Part shown: in pieces, positions 1-13,155 of the stretch | Numbering within the stretch: the stretch's first letter is position 1 | Layout: every line of letters starts with the position of its first letter | Source of the DNA: the human T2T-CHM13v2.0 reference genome, Homo sapiens | Direction: 5' to 3' (one strand) | Assembly (NCBI RefSeq): GCF_009914755.1 | Contig: NC_060948.1 | DNA: 64,000 nt | Notes under the pieces: model-generated | Told to the model about the DNA's origin: nothing | Seen by the model: the letters and a program-made list of their open reading frames with translations, nothing else | Database searches by the model: none | Translations under genes and position numbers: made by a program

Positions 1-228
1 ATTGTTTCTTTCTTGACTTTCTGTCTTGATGGCATGTCTAGTGCTGTCAATAAGAGTATTGAAGTCCCCACTATTATTGTGTTGCTGTCTATCCCATTTC
101 TTAGGTCTAGTAATAATTATTTTTAAATTTGAGAGTTCCAGTGTTAAGTAGATATATATGTAGGATGGAGATACTTTCTTGTTGGAGAAGGTTTTTATCA
201 TTATATAATGCCTCTCTGTGTAATTTTT

Positions 229-535
229 TTTTCTTTTTCTTTTTTTTTTGGAGACAGAATCTTGGTCTGTCACCTAGGCTGGAGTGCAGTCGTGGGATCT
301 CGGCTCACTGAAACCTCTGCATCCCAGGTTCACACCATTCTCCTGCCTCAGCCTCCCAAGTAGCTGGGACTACAGGTGCTCGCCACCACACCTGGCTGAT
401 TTTTTTTGTATTTTTTTAGGAGAGATGGGGTTTCACTGTGTTAGCTAGGTTGGTCTCAATCTGCTGACCTCATGAACTGCCTGCCTCAGACTCCCAAAGT
501 GCTGGGATTACAAGTGTGAGCCACCATGCCTGGCA
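229..535 (-). mobile_element. Alu (AluY/Sc-like) inserted in L1 ORF2
   Basis: Dimeric Alu with poly-T tail; TSD ctctctgtgtaattttt at 212-228 and 537-553. Confidence 0.95.
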
Positions 536-2184
536 TCTCTCTGTGTAATTTTTAACTGCTGTTGCTTTTAACTTTATCTGCTGTAATAATAGCTACTCCT
601 GCTTGCTTTTGGTGTCCGTTTGCATGGAACGTCTTTTTCCACCCATTAACCTTAAGTTTATGTGAGTCCTTATGTGTTAGGTTAGTCTCTTGAAGGCAGC
701 AGATATTTGGTTGGTAAGTTCTTATCCATTCTGCAGTTCTCTATCTTTTAACTAGAACATTTAGGCCATTTGCATTCAACATTAGTGTTGAGATGTGAGG
801 TACCATTCCATTCATTATGCCATTTGTTGTGCATATACTTTTTTGTTTGTTTGTTTTAAATTGTATTTTTGTCATATAGGTCCTGTGAGATGTATGCTTG
901 AAAGTGGTTCTGTTTTGATGTGTTTCCAGGATTTTTTTCCAGATTCAGAACTCCTTTTAGCAGTTCTTTCAGTGCTGGCTTGATAGTGGTGAATTCTCTC
1001 AGCAGATGTTTGTCTAAAAAAAGACTGTATCTTTCCTTCATTTATAAAGCTTAGTTTCACTGGATACAAAGTTCTTAGCTGAAATTATTTTATTTGAAGA
1101 AACTGAATATAGGGCCCCAATCCCTTCTAGCTTGTAGGGTTTCTGCTGAGAAATCTGCTGTTAATATGATAGGTTTTCCTTTATAGGTAACCTGGTGCTT
1201 TTGCTTCACAGCTTGTAAGATTCTTTCCTTCATATTAATTTTAGATAACCTGATGACAATGTTCCTAGGTAATAATCTATTTGTGTTGAATTTCCCAGTT
1301 GTTCTTTCAGCTTCTTGCATGTGGATGTCTATCTGTCTAGCAAGGCCAGGGAATTTTGTTTCTTTATTTCCCCAAATATGTTTTCCAAACTTTTAAATTC
1401 CTTTTCTTCTCCAAGAATGCCAATTATTCTTAGGTCTGTTTGTTTAACATAATCCCAGACGTCTTGGATGTTTTCTTTATATTGTCTTACTCTTTTTTCC
1501 TTATCTTTGTTGGATTGGGTTAATTTGAAGACCTTGTCTTTGAGCTCTGCAGTTATTTCTCCTGATTGATTGTATTACTGAGACTTTCCAGAGCATTTTG
1601 CATTTCTGTGTGTATATTTTTTCCTGATGTTTTGATCATCTTTTATTTATGCTATTTCACTGAATATTTCTCCCTTCACTTATTGTATCTTTTAAAAATT
1701 TTCTTAGATTGGACTTCACCTTTCTCTGGTGCCTCTCTGATTAACTGAATAACTTACCTTCTGAATTATTTTTCAGGTAAATCAGGGATGTCCTTTTGGT
1801 TTGGATCCATTTCTGGTGAACTAGTGTGATTTGGGTGTTAGAAAACTTTCTTTTGTCATATCATCAGAGTTGATTGGTTGCTTCTCATTTGGGGAGGCTC
1901 TGTCAGAGGGAAGGTCTAGGACTCAAGACTGTTGTTCAGATTCTTTTGTCCCATTGGGTGTTCCCTTGATGTAGTACTCTCCCACTTTTCCTAAGGACAT
2001 GGCTTCCTGAGATCCGAGTTGATCATTATCTCTCTTCCACATCTGGGCATCCAGCAAGTGTCTACCAGGACTCTAGTGAACAGTCTGTGGGCCTGTCAGC
2101 CATGGATACCAGCAACTGCTCCAGTGGAGTTGGCAGGGGGGTAAAATGTACTCTGTGAGGGTTCTTGGCTTTGGTTGCTTAATG

Positions 2185-2186
<2 letters not shown>

Positions 2187-2237
<51 letters not shown>
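2187..2237. repeat. Uninterrupted poly(T)51
   Basis: Direct count. Confidence 0.95.
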
Positions 2238-2241
<4 letters not shown>

Positions 2242-3290
2242 GTTGGTCTCCTGCCATAAGGTGGTGCTTTCAAGAGAACATCAGCTGTGTAGTATTGGAA
2301 GAAACAGGCAGTGGGCATAGTTGTAGAACTCGCAAGAGTATATATCCTTTGCCTTCAGTTACCAGAGTGGGTAGGGAAAGACCATTAGATGGGGGCAGGA
2401 CCAGGCTTGTCTGAACTCAGACTCAGGCAGGTCTCACTGCAACTACTATGTGATGGGGTTGAGATTCCCAGGTCAATGGATTTATATTGCTAGGAGGATT
2501 ATGGCTGCCTCTACCCTGTCATCCAGGTATTCATGGAAGTGAGAAAAAGCCAGCAGTCATAGCCCTCAGCCAACTCCCACACAACCCAAAGGGCTGGTGT
2601 CACTCCCATCATGCCCCCTCCCACCACCCCGCCAACAGCACCAAGTCTTTTTCCAGGCTGGGGGCGAGCAAGGGTGAGAACTTGCCTCAGGCTCCCCACA
2701 TCCCAGGTGCAAAAGCAAGTAGATTGTTCGTTTTTACCCTGCCTGTGGTGTTTGCAAACCAGATTAGTGCCCTCCCTCATTTCTGGCCAGGAGACTTCTT
2801 AATTGGTTCAAATTTTACAAAATTCAGCTGAAGGTTTTTGTATCCCTGTGGCCCATTCTCAGTGCCTCTGGGAACCATGTGAGGCAGGGCAGAAATGGCT
2901 TCCTAGGGGAACCAGCAAGCCCACATGGCTTTTTCCCACGGCTTTATCCTTGTATTTCGCATGACTCTCTACATTGACTCAGCTATAGGTAAGTCCAGAA
3001 TGTTCTCCTATAATCTAGACCTTCAGTTTCCCCATTGGGGGTGTGTTTTTGGGGGTGGACAATCTCCCTTTCCCACTTCCACATTTGGGCACTCACAGTA
3101 TTTGGATTGTTTCCCTAGTCCTGCAGGAGCAATGCTCTTCCTTGAGACAGTCTGTGGGTTCTCTTGGCTTTTCTAATGTATTCCTGCAGTCATTCCAGAG
3201 CAAAAGTTCATGTTGTAAGCCTCCACACACTACTCTGTCCATCCAACTGGGAGCTGCAATCTAGTCCTGCCTCCTGTTCACCATCAAGGA

Positions 3291-4340
3291 GATGCTTCTT
3301 TGAAGGATGTTTTAAATTAAATATATATATATTTTTTTTTTATTTGGAGTCTCACTCCGTTGCCTAGGCAGTGGCACGATCTCGGCTCACTGCAAGCTCC
3401 ATCTCCTCAGTTCACACCATTCTCCTGCCTTAGCCTCCCAAGTAGCTGGGACTACAGGTGCCCACCACCATGCCTGGCTAATTTTTTGTATTTTTAGTAG
3501 AGACAGCGTTTCACCATGTTAGCCAGGATGGTCTCGATCTCCTGACCTCGTGATCCACCCGCCTCAGCCTCCCAGAGTGCTGGGATTACAGGAAATTAAA
3601 GAAATTTTTAAATGACACTAGATGAAATAGATATAGAAAGGCTGGGGGAAAAAAGAGATTGAAAACAGTTGTAAGAAGCTATAAAAGTTTATGGAAATTT
3701 TGGGTCCAAACTTACCAAGATTAGGTAAATATGTTTCTGAGATTTTATTTAGAATAGGTTTAGTATTAATAATACACAGATACAAAGACAAAATTTAGTT
3801 TTGTGTTTTAAAGATTTTTGTGTAGTGTTAATAAAATGTAGTAAAATAATTTTTTACCTTTGATTAGACTTCAAAAAAAAAAAAGAAAAAATCTTGATTC
3901 AGGCTGTCTTTGTTGTTCTGTGGATTATTTGAAAAACAGTATTGTCTTTATTAAAATAAAAGTTTTTTTGGTGTTTTTGAATCTTTCAGTCAACACTGTG
4001 CAAAATATATGATTCTGTATTAATCAAGTATTTTAAGCTTTTGATATGTCAGACTTCTCAAAATCAAATTTTAAATTTTAAATGAGGTTGTTACTTTTAC
4101 CTAACATTTAGACAGTCTAAAAAGGTCCCCCATAAAGTCCAAGAGAGACATATTAGGATTATTTGGTAAGATAAAGTCATACAAATGCACAATCAAATAT
4201 AATGTTTGACCTTTTTTCTTTACTTTTTTATAGCTATGTTATTAATATGTGTTCTAAAATGTAATGTTATATCTAAAATGTTATATATTGGTATAATTTA
4301 TCAGTTTATGATTATTTTATTCAATTATTTTAAGCCACAG
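3291..4340 (+). mobile_element. AT-rich internal sequence of a MER4-group ERV1 element (left part)
   Basis: Same AT-rich ERV-internal character resumes at 13156 after the HERV-E TSD and leads to a PPT+LTR at 14745. Confidence 0.6.
3332..3592 (-). mobile_element. AluY-like element, slightly 5'-truncated
   Basis: AluY-type segments (agccaggatggtctcgatctcctgacctcgtgatcc); short aaattaaa flanking repeat. Confidence 0.9.
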
Positions 4341-4757
4341 TGAGGAGAGAGGCCCTTTCTCCTACTGTCCCCTGTCTCCAAAGAACAGGAGAAAGTGAAA
4401 ATTGAAAAATAGCGGCTGATCGGTGCCACTGGCCAGGCCTGTAGGTTAAAGATTAACGCCCACCCTAACTGCTTGTGCTATCTATACATAACAGACAATG
4501 GTATGGAGAAATACTTGCCCTGCTTCTCCCTACCGCTAACATATGTGGACATAGTCATGCACACCATGCTTGCTGAATCTATCATGACCCTTTCACGTGG
4601 ACCCCTTAGAGTCGTAAGCCCTTAAAAGGGTGAGGAACTCTTTCTTCAGGGAGCTCAGTTCTTGAGATGCAAGTCCGCTAACACTCCCAGCCAAATAAAG
4701 CCTCTTCGTTCTTTAATCTGGTGTCTAAGGGTTTTGTCTGTGGCTCATCCTGCTACA
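4341..4757 (+). repeat. HERV-E 5' LTR (LTR2 family)
   Basis: tgaggagaga...tgctaca; AATAAA near 4694; homologous to 12737-13155. Confidence 0.92.
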
Positions 4758-4762
4758 TTTCT

Positions 4763-4780
4763 CGGTTCCCTGACTGGGAA
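4763..4780 (+). promoter_or_regulatory. Primer binding site, tRNA-Glu type
   Basis: cggttccctgactgggaa vs TGGTTCCCTGACCGGGAA (complement of tRNA-Glu 3' end), just after the LTR. Confidence 0.85.
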
Positions 4781-5430
4781 AGGAGGTGGTTGACAGATGG
4801 TCAAGGCAGCCCCTTAGGCAGCTTAAGCATGCCCTGTGGAGCATCCCTGTAAGGGACCCCAGTCAACTTGGGTGACGCGGATCCTACGAGCACTGCCAGG
4901 TAGGCATTTGCTCAGGTAAAACACCTCATTGGAGTGGTGCAAGGCAGGACCCCGCAGATGATCAGTGCAGCTGCTGAACACCGGGAAGGAACCTGACACT
5001 TGGAGTCCAGACATCTGGAACATGGTAGGACTAATCCTGGGAACTTGCCCATTCCATTTGAGTGGAAGCATGGCCTGATCACCCATGATGTGCCTTTATA
5101 GGCAGTTTGGTCTCAGTTTTTATTTTGATTTGGCTTGGCTTATTTGAAAAAAGGGAAAGTAAATGTGAATGAATGCTTGTGTTTGAGATGGACACCTGAT
5201 GGACAGTGGTCACTGTCTAAAGTGAGTGTTGAGCCCCAAGCTGCAGTTCTGTAGGATACCTCATATGGCTAAGTGGTAGTTTGTGCTGGCACCTGGTACC
5301 AGTCTTTCTAAGCTAAGAGGATCTGAGATTCCCACGAGGGAAGTGACCAGTGATGGGAGAGTCGAGTGAGTGAATGCTTTACCCTTTCCCTTCTTGTGGC
5401 ATGAGAGTTGTTTTTCTCTCCAGGTGGAAG

Positions 5431-7035
5431 ACGGGTGAGAGACAAAGTAAGCCCACTCCATTAGGAACTATGTTAAAGAATTTCAGGAAAGGTTTTAATG
5501 GAGATTATGGAGTTACTATGACCTCAGGAAAACTTAGGACGTTGTGGGAGATATATTGGCTAGCATTAGAAGTGGCTTGGCCAAGAGAAGGAAGCCTAGA
5601 CAGGTCTCTTGTTTCAAAAGTACGGCACAAGGTAACAGGTATATCAGGACATATATCAGGACACCCAGACCAGCTTCTATACATAGATACCTGGTTACAG
5701 CTTGTATTAGCCCCCCACCAAGATGGTTGAGAGGACAGGCCGCAACAGTACTAGTAGCTACGGGACAGACAGCCAAGGAAGAATCCCACTCCACCAGCCA
5801 AGGAAAGTCAGCTCCTAAAGTCCTATCTGACAAGACATCAGAGGATTCATGGCAAGAAATAGCGCCAGTGACACTCACCTTTCATCAAGAAGGAAAGCTT
5901 CTCAATCCTAAGCCCAGTGTGCCTGAGCTTCCACAAGGCTTCATACACCTAAACCACCCAGAGTAGAGAAGGAAGGATGTGAGACCTTGGGAGAGACCCC
6001 CTCCCTTGGTAGCCTGTTTGAGGCCTAGAACTGGGACACAAATGCCCCTGAGAGAGCAACTGTATACTGAGGTAGACAAGGATGGTCATATGGTGGAAAG
6101 GCATGCCTTTGTTTACCAACCCTTCATCTCTGCTGATCTCAACTGGAAAAACAATACTCCATCCTATATTGAAAATCCTCAAGCTATAATTGATTTGCTC
6201 CAAACTATAATCAAGACCCACAACCCTACTTGGGTTGATTGCCACCAGTTGCTCATGTACCTCTTCCACACAGATGAAAGGAGGAGAGTGCTCCAAGCAG
6301 CAACTAATCACTTGGGGCAATTAGTTGGAGAACATGTTCTGGCTGATTACCAAAACCCCTAAGAGTACATACGGATCCAGTTACTAGAAAAAGACCCCCG
6401 GTGGGACTCAAATGAAAGACTGGGTATGCAAAGCCTAAACAGGTACAGGGAAGCCCTCTTGGAAGGGTTAAAGAAGAAAGTTCAGAATAACTCAAATGCT
6501 AACAAGGTCTCTGAAGTAATTCAGGGAAAAGAAGAAAGTCCAGCACAATTCTATGAGAGACTGTGTGAGGCCTATTGTATGTATACTCCCTTTGATCCTG
6601 ATAGTCCTGAGAATCAGTGCATGATTAACATGATTTTAGTTAGTCAAAGCGCAAAAAACATTAGAAGGAAGCTGCAAAAAACAGGCTGGGTTTGCAGGTA
6701 TGAATATACTTCACAGCTGTTGGAAATATGTTATCAGGTGTTTGTGAACAGAGATATGGTAAGCCATAGAGAGACTTGCAAAGAGAATGAGTGCCAGGCC
6801 AGACAGAATGCCGACTTGTTAGTTGTGGCTATGGTGAAGAAGGGGAGGTCCTGGAAAAAATACCCAGTCCAATCACCCATGCATGCAGTGTAACCAGTGT
6901 GCTTACTGTAAGGAAATAGGACATTGGAAGGACAAGAGCCCCCAGTTGAAAGGGGAACAAGGTGACTCTGAGCAGGGGGCCTCAGACAAGGATGAAGGAG
7001 TCTTGTTCAGTCTTGCAGAAGGGTTATTGGACTAA
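5431..7035 (+). pseudogene. gag: HERV-E gag, disrupted
   Basis: MA-like QSKPTPLGTMLKNFRKGFNGDYG (start codon is ACG), CA with MHR (VIQGKEESPAQFYERLCEAY), zinc knuckle CAYCKEIGHWKDKS; frameshifts/stops; ends gac taa. Confidence 0.9.
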
Positions 7036-10000
7036 GGGGGACTGGGCTTAGGTGACCCCAACAAGCCCATTGTCAGGATGACAATCAGGGGCAAGGACAT
7101 TGAGTTTCTTGTTGATACTGGTGCTGAACATTCAGTAGTAACCACCCCAGTCACCCCCTTATCCAAAAAGAATATTGATATAATCAGAACCACAGGGGTT
7201 TCCGCAAAGCAAGCTTTCTGTTTGCCCCAGTCCTGCAGTGTGGGTGGGGGTGGGGGGAGTGGGGCATGAGCTAATTCACCAGTTCCTGTACATGCCTGAC
7301 TGCCCCTTGCCTTTACTTGGAAGGGACCTACTTAGCAAGCTGACAGCCACTATCTCTTTTACAAAGCACAGCTCTTTACAGCTAAAGTTACCTGGAATGG
7401 GAGTCATAGTGGCCCTTTCGCTTCCTTAGGAGGAAGGGAGACTCTACATAACTGAGCCAGGCCAAGAGATAGGACCAGCTGTGGCTAAGTGGTGGCCAAG
7501 GGTGTGGGTAGAAGACAACCTTCCAGGGTTGGCAATCAATCAGGCCCCTGTACTCATAGAAGTTGAGCCTGCAGCCCAGTTGGCCAGGCAAAAGTAGTAC
7601 CCAGTCTCCAGAGAAGATCTTGAGGGCATCCAGGTCTATCTCAAGTGCCTAAAGGCCTTTGGAATTATAGTCCCTTGTCAGTCTCCATGGAACACTCCCC
7701 TCCTACCTGTTCCCAAGCCAGGGACCAAGTACTACAGGCCAGTACAGGATTTGCACTTGGTCAACCAAGCTACAGTGACTTTGCATCCAATGGTACCTAA
7801 CCTGTACACATTGTTAGAATTCCTGCCAGCTGAGGACAACTTATTCACCTCCTTGGACCTGAAAGATGCTTTCTTTAGCATCAGACTAGCCCCTGAGGGC
7901 CCAAAACTGTTTGCCTTTCAGGGGGAGGATCCAGGGTCAGGTGTCATCACTCAGTACACTTGGACACGGCTCCCCCAAGGGTTCAAGTACTCCCCCACCA
8001 TCTTTGGGGAGGCACTGGCTCAAGACCCCCAGAAGTTTCCTTCCAGAGACCTAGGCTGCGTGCTGCTCCAGTATGTCGATGACCGCCTGCTGGGACAACC
8101 CATGGCAGTCTGGTGCACCAAGGGAATATACCCTTCTCCAACACCTGGAGAACTGTGGGCATAAGGTATCCAAGAAGAAAGCTCAGCTCTCCAGACAGCA
8201 GGTACGTCAGCTGGGATTTACTATCTGACAAGGGGAGCACAGCCAGAAAGAAAGCAAGTCATTTGCAACCTGCTGGAGCCTAAGACCAGAATGCAGGTGA
8301 GAGAATTCTTAGGAGCAGTAGAATTCTGCAGGTTGTGGATCCCAAACTTTGCAGTATTGGCTAACCCCGTGTATGGAGTCACAAAGCGGGGTGAAAAGGA
8401 ACATTTCAAATGGGGATCCCAACAGCAATGAGCTTCTCATTAGTTAAAAGAAAACCTCATGTCAGCCCCAGCCCTGGGGCTACCTGACCAGACAAAACCT
8501 TTTACACTATATGTGTCAGAGGGAGAATAAATGGCAGTTGGAGTTTTGACCCAGAGTATGGGGCCCTGGCCAAGGCTGATGGCCTAACTCTCTAAACAAC
8601 TAAAGGGGGTTTCTAAGGGTTGGCCCCATATTTGAGGGCCTTGGCAGCAACAGCCCTGCTAGCAAAAGAAGTGGATAAGCTAACTCTTGGGCAAAATCTA
8701 AACATAAAGGCCCCCCATGCTGTGGTCACTTTAATGAATACCAAAAAACATCATTTGCTAATGAATGCTAGACTAACTAGATACCAAATCTCGCTCTGTG
8801 AGAATCCCTGCATAACCACTGAAGTTTGCAACACCCTGAACCCTGCTACCTTGTTTCCAGTATCAGAGCCCAGTTGAACATGACTGTGTAGAGGCGTTGG
8901 ACTCAGTTTATTCTAGCAGACCTGACCTCTGAGACCATCTTTGGACAACAGTAGACTAGGAGCTGTGCATGGATGGGAGCAGCTTCATCATCCCACAAGG
9001 AGAGAGGTGTGCGGGATATGCAGTGGTAACCCGCACATTGAAATGCTGTCATTGAAGCCAAATCGTTGCCCCAGGGCACTTCAGCCCAGATGACCGAACT
9101 TACTGCTTTAATTCAGGCCTTAGAGCTAACTGATGGTAAGATTGTAAACATTTACACTGACTCTGGGCATGCCTTTTTAACTCTCCAAGTACATGGGGCA
9201 TTATACAAGGAAAAAGGCCTGTTGAACACTGGGGGAAAATACATAAAAGATCAGCAAGAGATCCTGCAATTATTAGAGGCAGTGTGGAGACCCCGAAAGG
9301 TGGCAGTCATGCATTGCAGAGGACACCAGTGAGCTTCCACCTCGATTTCCCTGGGGAACTCCCAAGCTGACTCAGAGGCTTGAAAATCAGTATCCACCCC
9401 CTACTGGGCATCAGTCACAGCCCCCCTGCTCCCTCAGGCACCTGACATTGTACCTACTTATTCTAAAGAAGAGAAGGACTTTCTTCAGGCAGAAGGAGGG
9501 CAAGTGATAGAAGAGGGAGGGATTTGGTTATTGGGCAGAAGAATAGCCATGCCGCAAATGCTAGGAGCCGCAGTCATACTGGCTGTGCATGAGACCATCC
9601 ACCTAGGACAAATGTCATTTGAAAAGTTGTTAGGCTGGTACTTCTACATCTTGCACCTGTCAGCCCTTGCGAAAACAGTGGTGCAGCAGTGTGTCACCTG
9701 CTGGCAACACAATGCTAGGCAAGGTCCAACAGCCCCTCCTGGCATACAGTCTTATGGAGCAGCCCCCTTTGAAGATCTCCAAGTAGACTTCACCGAGATG
9801 CCCAAACATGGAGGCAACAAGTATTTGCTAGTTCTAGTGTGTACATACTCTGGGTGGGTGGAGGCCTATCCAACACGGACTGAGAAAGCTTGTGAAGTAA
9901 CCCGCATGCTTCCCCGAGATCTCATCACTAGGTTTGGACTGCCCTTATGAATCAGCTCAGACAATGGCCCAGTGTTTGTGGCTGACTTGGTATAGAAGAC

Positions 10001-10611
10001 AGCAAAGCCATTGGGGATCACATGGAAACTGCACCTACCGACCACAAAGTTCTGGAAAGGTGGAGCGGATGAATCGCACTATCAAAAATAGTTTAGGGAA
10101 AGCGTGTCAAGAAACAAGATTAAAGTGGGTACAAGCTCTCCCTATGGTATTGTTTACAATTAGATGTACCCCTTCTAAAAGAATAGGATATTCCCCTTAT
10201 GAAATATTATATCATAGCCTCCTTCCCATACTATGGGGACTCCCAGGCACTCCTCGAGAGCTAGGTGAAATTGAGTTACAGTGACAGCTACAGGCTTTAG
10301 GGAAAATTACACACAATTTCAGCCTGGGTAAATGGGAGGTGCCCCATCAGCTTATTCTCCCCAGTTCACCCTTTCTCCCCAGGTGATCAGGTGTGGATCA
10401 AGGATTGGAACATAGCCCCCTTGTGGCCACAGTGGAAAGGACCCCAGACCAACATCCTGACCACTCCCACAGCCATACAGCCTGGATCCACCACAGCTGC
10501 ATAAAACCTGCAGCACCTGTCACCTGGAAGGTGAGACCAAGCCCAGATAATCCCTGCAAAGTGACTCTGAAGAAGATGACAAGCCCTGCTCCAGTCATAT
10601 GTGGAAGCTGA
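7036..10611 (+). pseudogene. pol: HERV-E pro-pol, disrupted
   Basis: Protease FLVDTGA, RT LPQGFK and LLQYVDD, RNase H YTDS, integrase LQVDFTEM and PQSSGKVERMN spread over several broken ORFs. Confidence 0.92.
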
Positions 10612-10633
10612 CTGGTCCATGCATGGCTGAAGC

Positions 10634-11962
10634 ATGAGGAAACTCATCATGGGCCTCATTTTCCTTAAAATTTGGACTTGTACAGTAAGGACTTCAACTG
10701 ATCTTCCTCGGACTGAGGACTTTTCCCAGTGTATACATCAAGTTACTGAGGTAGGGCAAAAGGTTAAAACAGTCTTTCTGTTCTATAGTTATTATGAATG
10801 TACTGGAACTCTAGAGAAGAACTTGTCTATATAATTCCACTCTATGAAAGTTATGTAGCCCAGGAAGTGACCAGCCTGATGTGTGCTATAACCCATCTGA
10901 GCCCCCTATGAATACAGTTTTTGAAGTAAGATTGAGGACTGGCAACTGGGGAAATGCTGATATGAGTACAGTAATAACTAGAACAGAAGAAAAAGAATTC
11001 CCAAACAAATTATCTTAAAATTTGATGCCTGCGCGGCAATCAACAGTGACTTGTATGGAAATAGAATAAGATGTGGCTCTCTAGATTGGGAAAGAGGTTA
11101 TATAGTAGAAAATAAGCATGTTTGTCATGAATTAGGACTGTGTAGTGATGAATGTAGTTACTGGTCCTGTGTCATTTAGGCCACCTGGAAAAAAGATGAG
11201 AAGGACACTGTTCACCTTCAAAAAGGAAAGAGTAACTCTTCCTGTACTAGTGCTCACTGTAACCCATTAGAACTACTAATTGCCAATCCCCTCGATCTCT
11301 GTTGGAAAACAGGAGAGTATGTAACTCTAGGAATCAATGGAACTGGACTGGATCCCCAAGGAAATATTTTAGTCCAAGGGTACGTCCACAGGTGCTGTCC
11401 CAAACCAGTGTTTCAGACCTTTTATGATGAGCTGAATCTGCCAGCACCAGAGCTTCTGAAAAAGACAACTTATTTCCCCAGTTAGCAGAAAATGTAGCTC
11501 ATTTCTTCAATGTTACTTCTTGTTGTGTATGTTGGGGAACCACTGTGGGAGACCAATGGCCTTGGGAAGCCTGAGAATTGGTGCCTACTGATCCAGTTCC
11601 TAACATAATTCCAGTCCAGAAAACCCAAACTAGCAACTTCCGGGTTTTGAAAACCTCAATTATTGGACAATACTGAATAGCTAGAGAAGGAAAAGACTTC
11701 GCCATCCCTGTAGGAAGGCTCAATTGTCTAGGACAGACGCTGTATAATAGCACAACAGGGACGGTCTCCTGGTGGGATGTAAACCATACTGAAAAGAATC
11801 CCATCAGTAAATTTGCTAAATTACAGACTGCTTAGGCCCCTCCAGAATCTCACTGAGACTGTACGGTTCCCACTGGACTATACTGGATATGTGTAGGTAC
11901 AGAGCCTATACTCAGTTACCTGATCAATGTGCAGGTAGTTGTGTCATTGGCACCGTTAAGCC

Positions 11963-11997
<35 letters not shown>

Positions 11998-12711
11998 GCC
12001 CATAAAAACAGGTGAGCTCCTAGGTTTCCCTGTCTGTCCCTCCTGGGAAAAGAGAAGCATAGCTATAGGAAATTGGAAAGATGATGAGTGGCCCCCCTGC
12101 CAAAGGATCATACAGTAGTATAGGCCTGCCACATAGGCACAGGACAGCTCATCGGGATACCAAACCCTCATCTACATGCTCAGCCAGATCATATGATTAC
12201 AGGCCATCTTAGAAATAACCACTAATGAAATTGGCAGAGCTTTGACTCTTTTATCCTGGCAGGAAACCCACATGAGAAATGTCATCTATCAAAATAGATT
12301 GTCCTTAGACTATTTGCTCGCAGCCAAAGGAGTCATCTGTGGAAAATTCAACTTGCCTAATTGCTGTCTGCAAATAGATGATCAAGGACAAGTAGTTGAA
12401 AATATAGAGACATGACTAAACTGGCACATGTGCCCATGCAGGTTTGGCATAGGTTTGATCCTAGATTCCTGTTTGGAAAATGGTTTCCAGCTCTAGGAGG
12501 ATTTAAAACTCTTGTAATAGGAATAATAATAGTGTTAGGAACCTGCATGTTACTCCCCTGTAAGTTACCCTTATTTCTGCAGTTACTAAGAAGCTTCATT
12601 ACCACCTTAGTTCATCAAAAGACCTCAGCACAAGCATATTACATGAATCACTATCGATTTATCTCACAGGAAGATTTAGACAGTGAGGATGAGAATGAGA
12701 ACTCCCACTAG
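10634..12711 (+). pseudogene. env: HERV-E env, disrupted
   Basis: Signal peptide MRKLIMGLIFLKIWTCTV; TM immunosuppressive-domain-like [11 protein letters not shown] near 12290; TM anchor ORF 12412-12711. Confidence 0.9.
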
Positions 12712-12736
12712 TGAGTGAGGTTCTCAAAGCGGGGAA

Positions 12737-13155
12737 TGAGGAGAGAAGCCATTTCTCCTACTGTCCCCTGTCTCCAAAGAAAAGAAAGAAGAAAAAACTG
12801 AAAAATAACAAACTGATCAGTGCCACTGGCCAGGCATGTAGGTTAAAGATTAACCCCCACCCTAACCACTTGTGCTATCTTCAGACTACAGACAATGGTG
12901 TGGGGAAATACTTGCCTTGCTTACCCCCACCGCTAATGTATGTGGACACAGTCATGTACCTCATGCTTGCTCAATCTATCATGACCCTTTCACATGGACC
13001 CCTTAGAGTTGTAAGCCCTTAAAAGGGCCAAGAACTTTTTCTTCAAGGAGCTTTGTTCTTGAGACGCAAGTCTGCCGGTGGTCCTGGCCAAATAAAGCCT
13101 CTTCCTTCTTTAACGCAGTGTCTGAGGAGCTTTGTCTGTGACTCATCCTGCTACA
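12737..13155 (+). repeat. HERV-E 3' LTR preceded by polypurine tract
   Basis: PPT aaagcggggaa 12726-12736; LTR homologous to 4341-4757. Confidence 0.92.

Larger units (their letters stand above)
1..3290 (-). mobile_element. Old LINE-1 (L1PB-like): 5'UTR, ORF1 and start of ORF2; runs off the window start
   Basis: Minus-strand ORF fragments 1090-1320 (..RLSKINMKERILQAVKQKHQVTYKGKPIILTADFSAETLQARRDWGPIF) and 856-1069 are L1 ORF1p; 1-780 reads as ORF2 endonuclease; long 5'UTR to ~3290. Confidence 0.9.
4341..13155 (+). mobile_element. Full-length HERV-E provirus (LTR-gag-pro-pol-env-LTR), decayed
   Basis: Paired ~418-bp LTRs (TG..CA), 4-bp TSD acag at 4337-4340 and 13156-13159, tRNA-Glu-like PBS, gammaretroviral gag/pol and HERV-E-type env N-terminus. 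Confidence 0.93.

Noticed and set aside
2073-2414. ORFs with poly-Lys or poly-Phe
   Set aside because: Translation of the poly(T)51 run; not coding
5640-5664. 12-bp in-frame duplication in HERV-E gag (ISGHISGH)
   Set aside because: Ordinary slippage in an already disrupted gene
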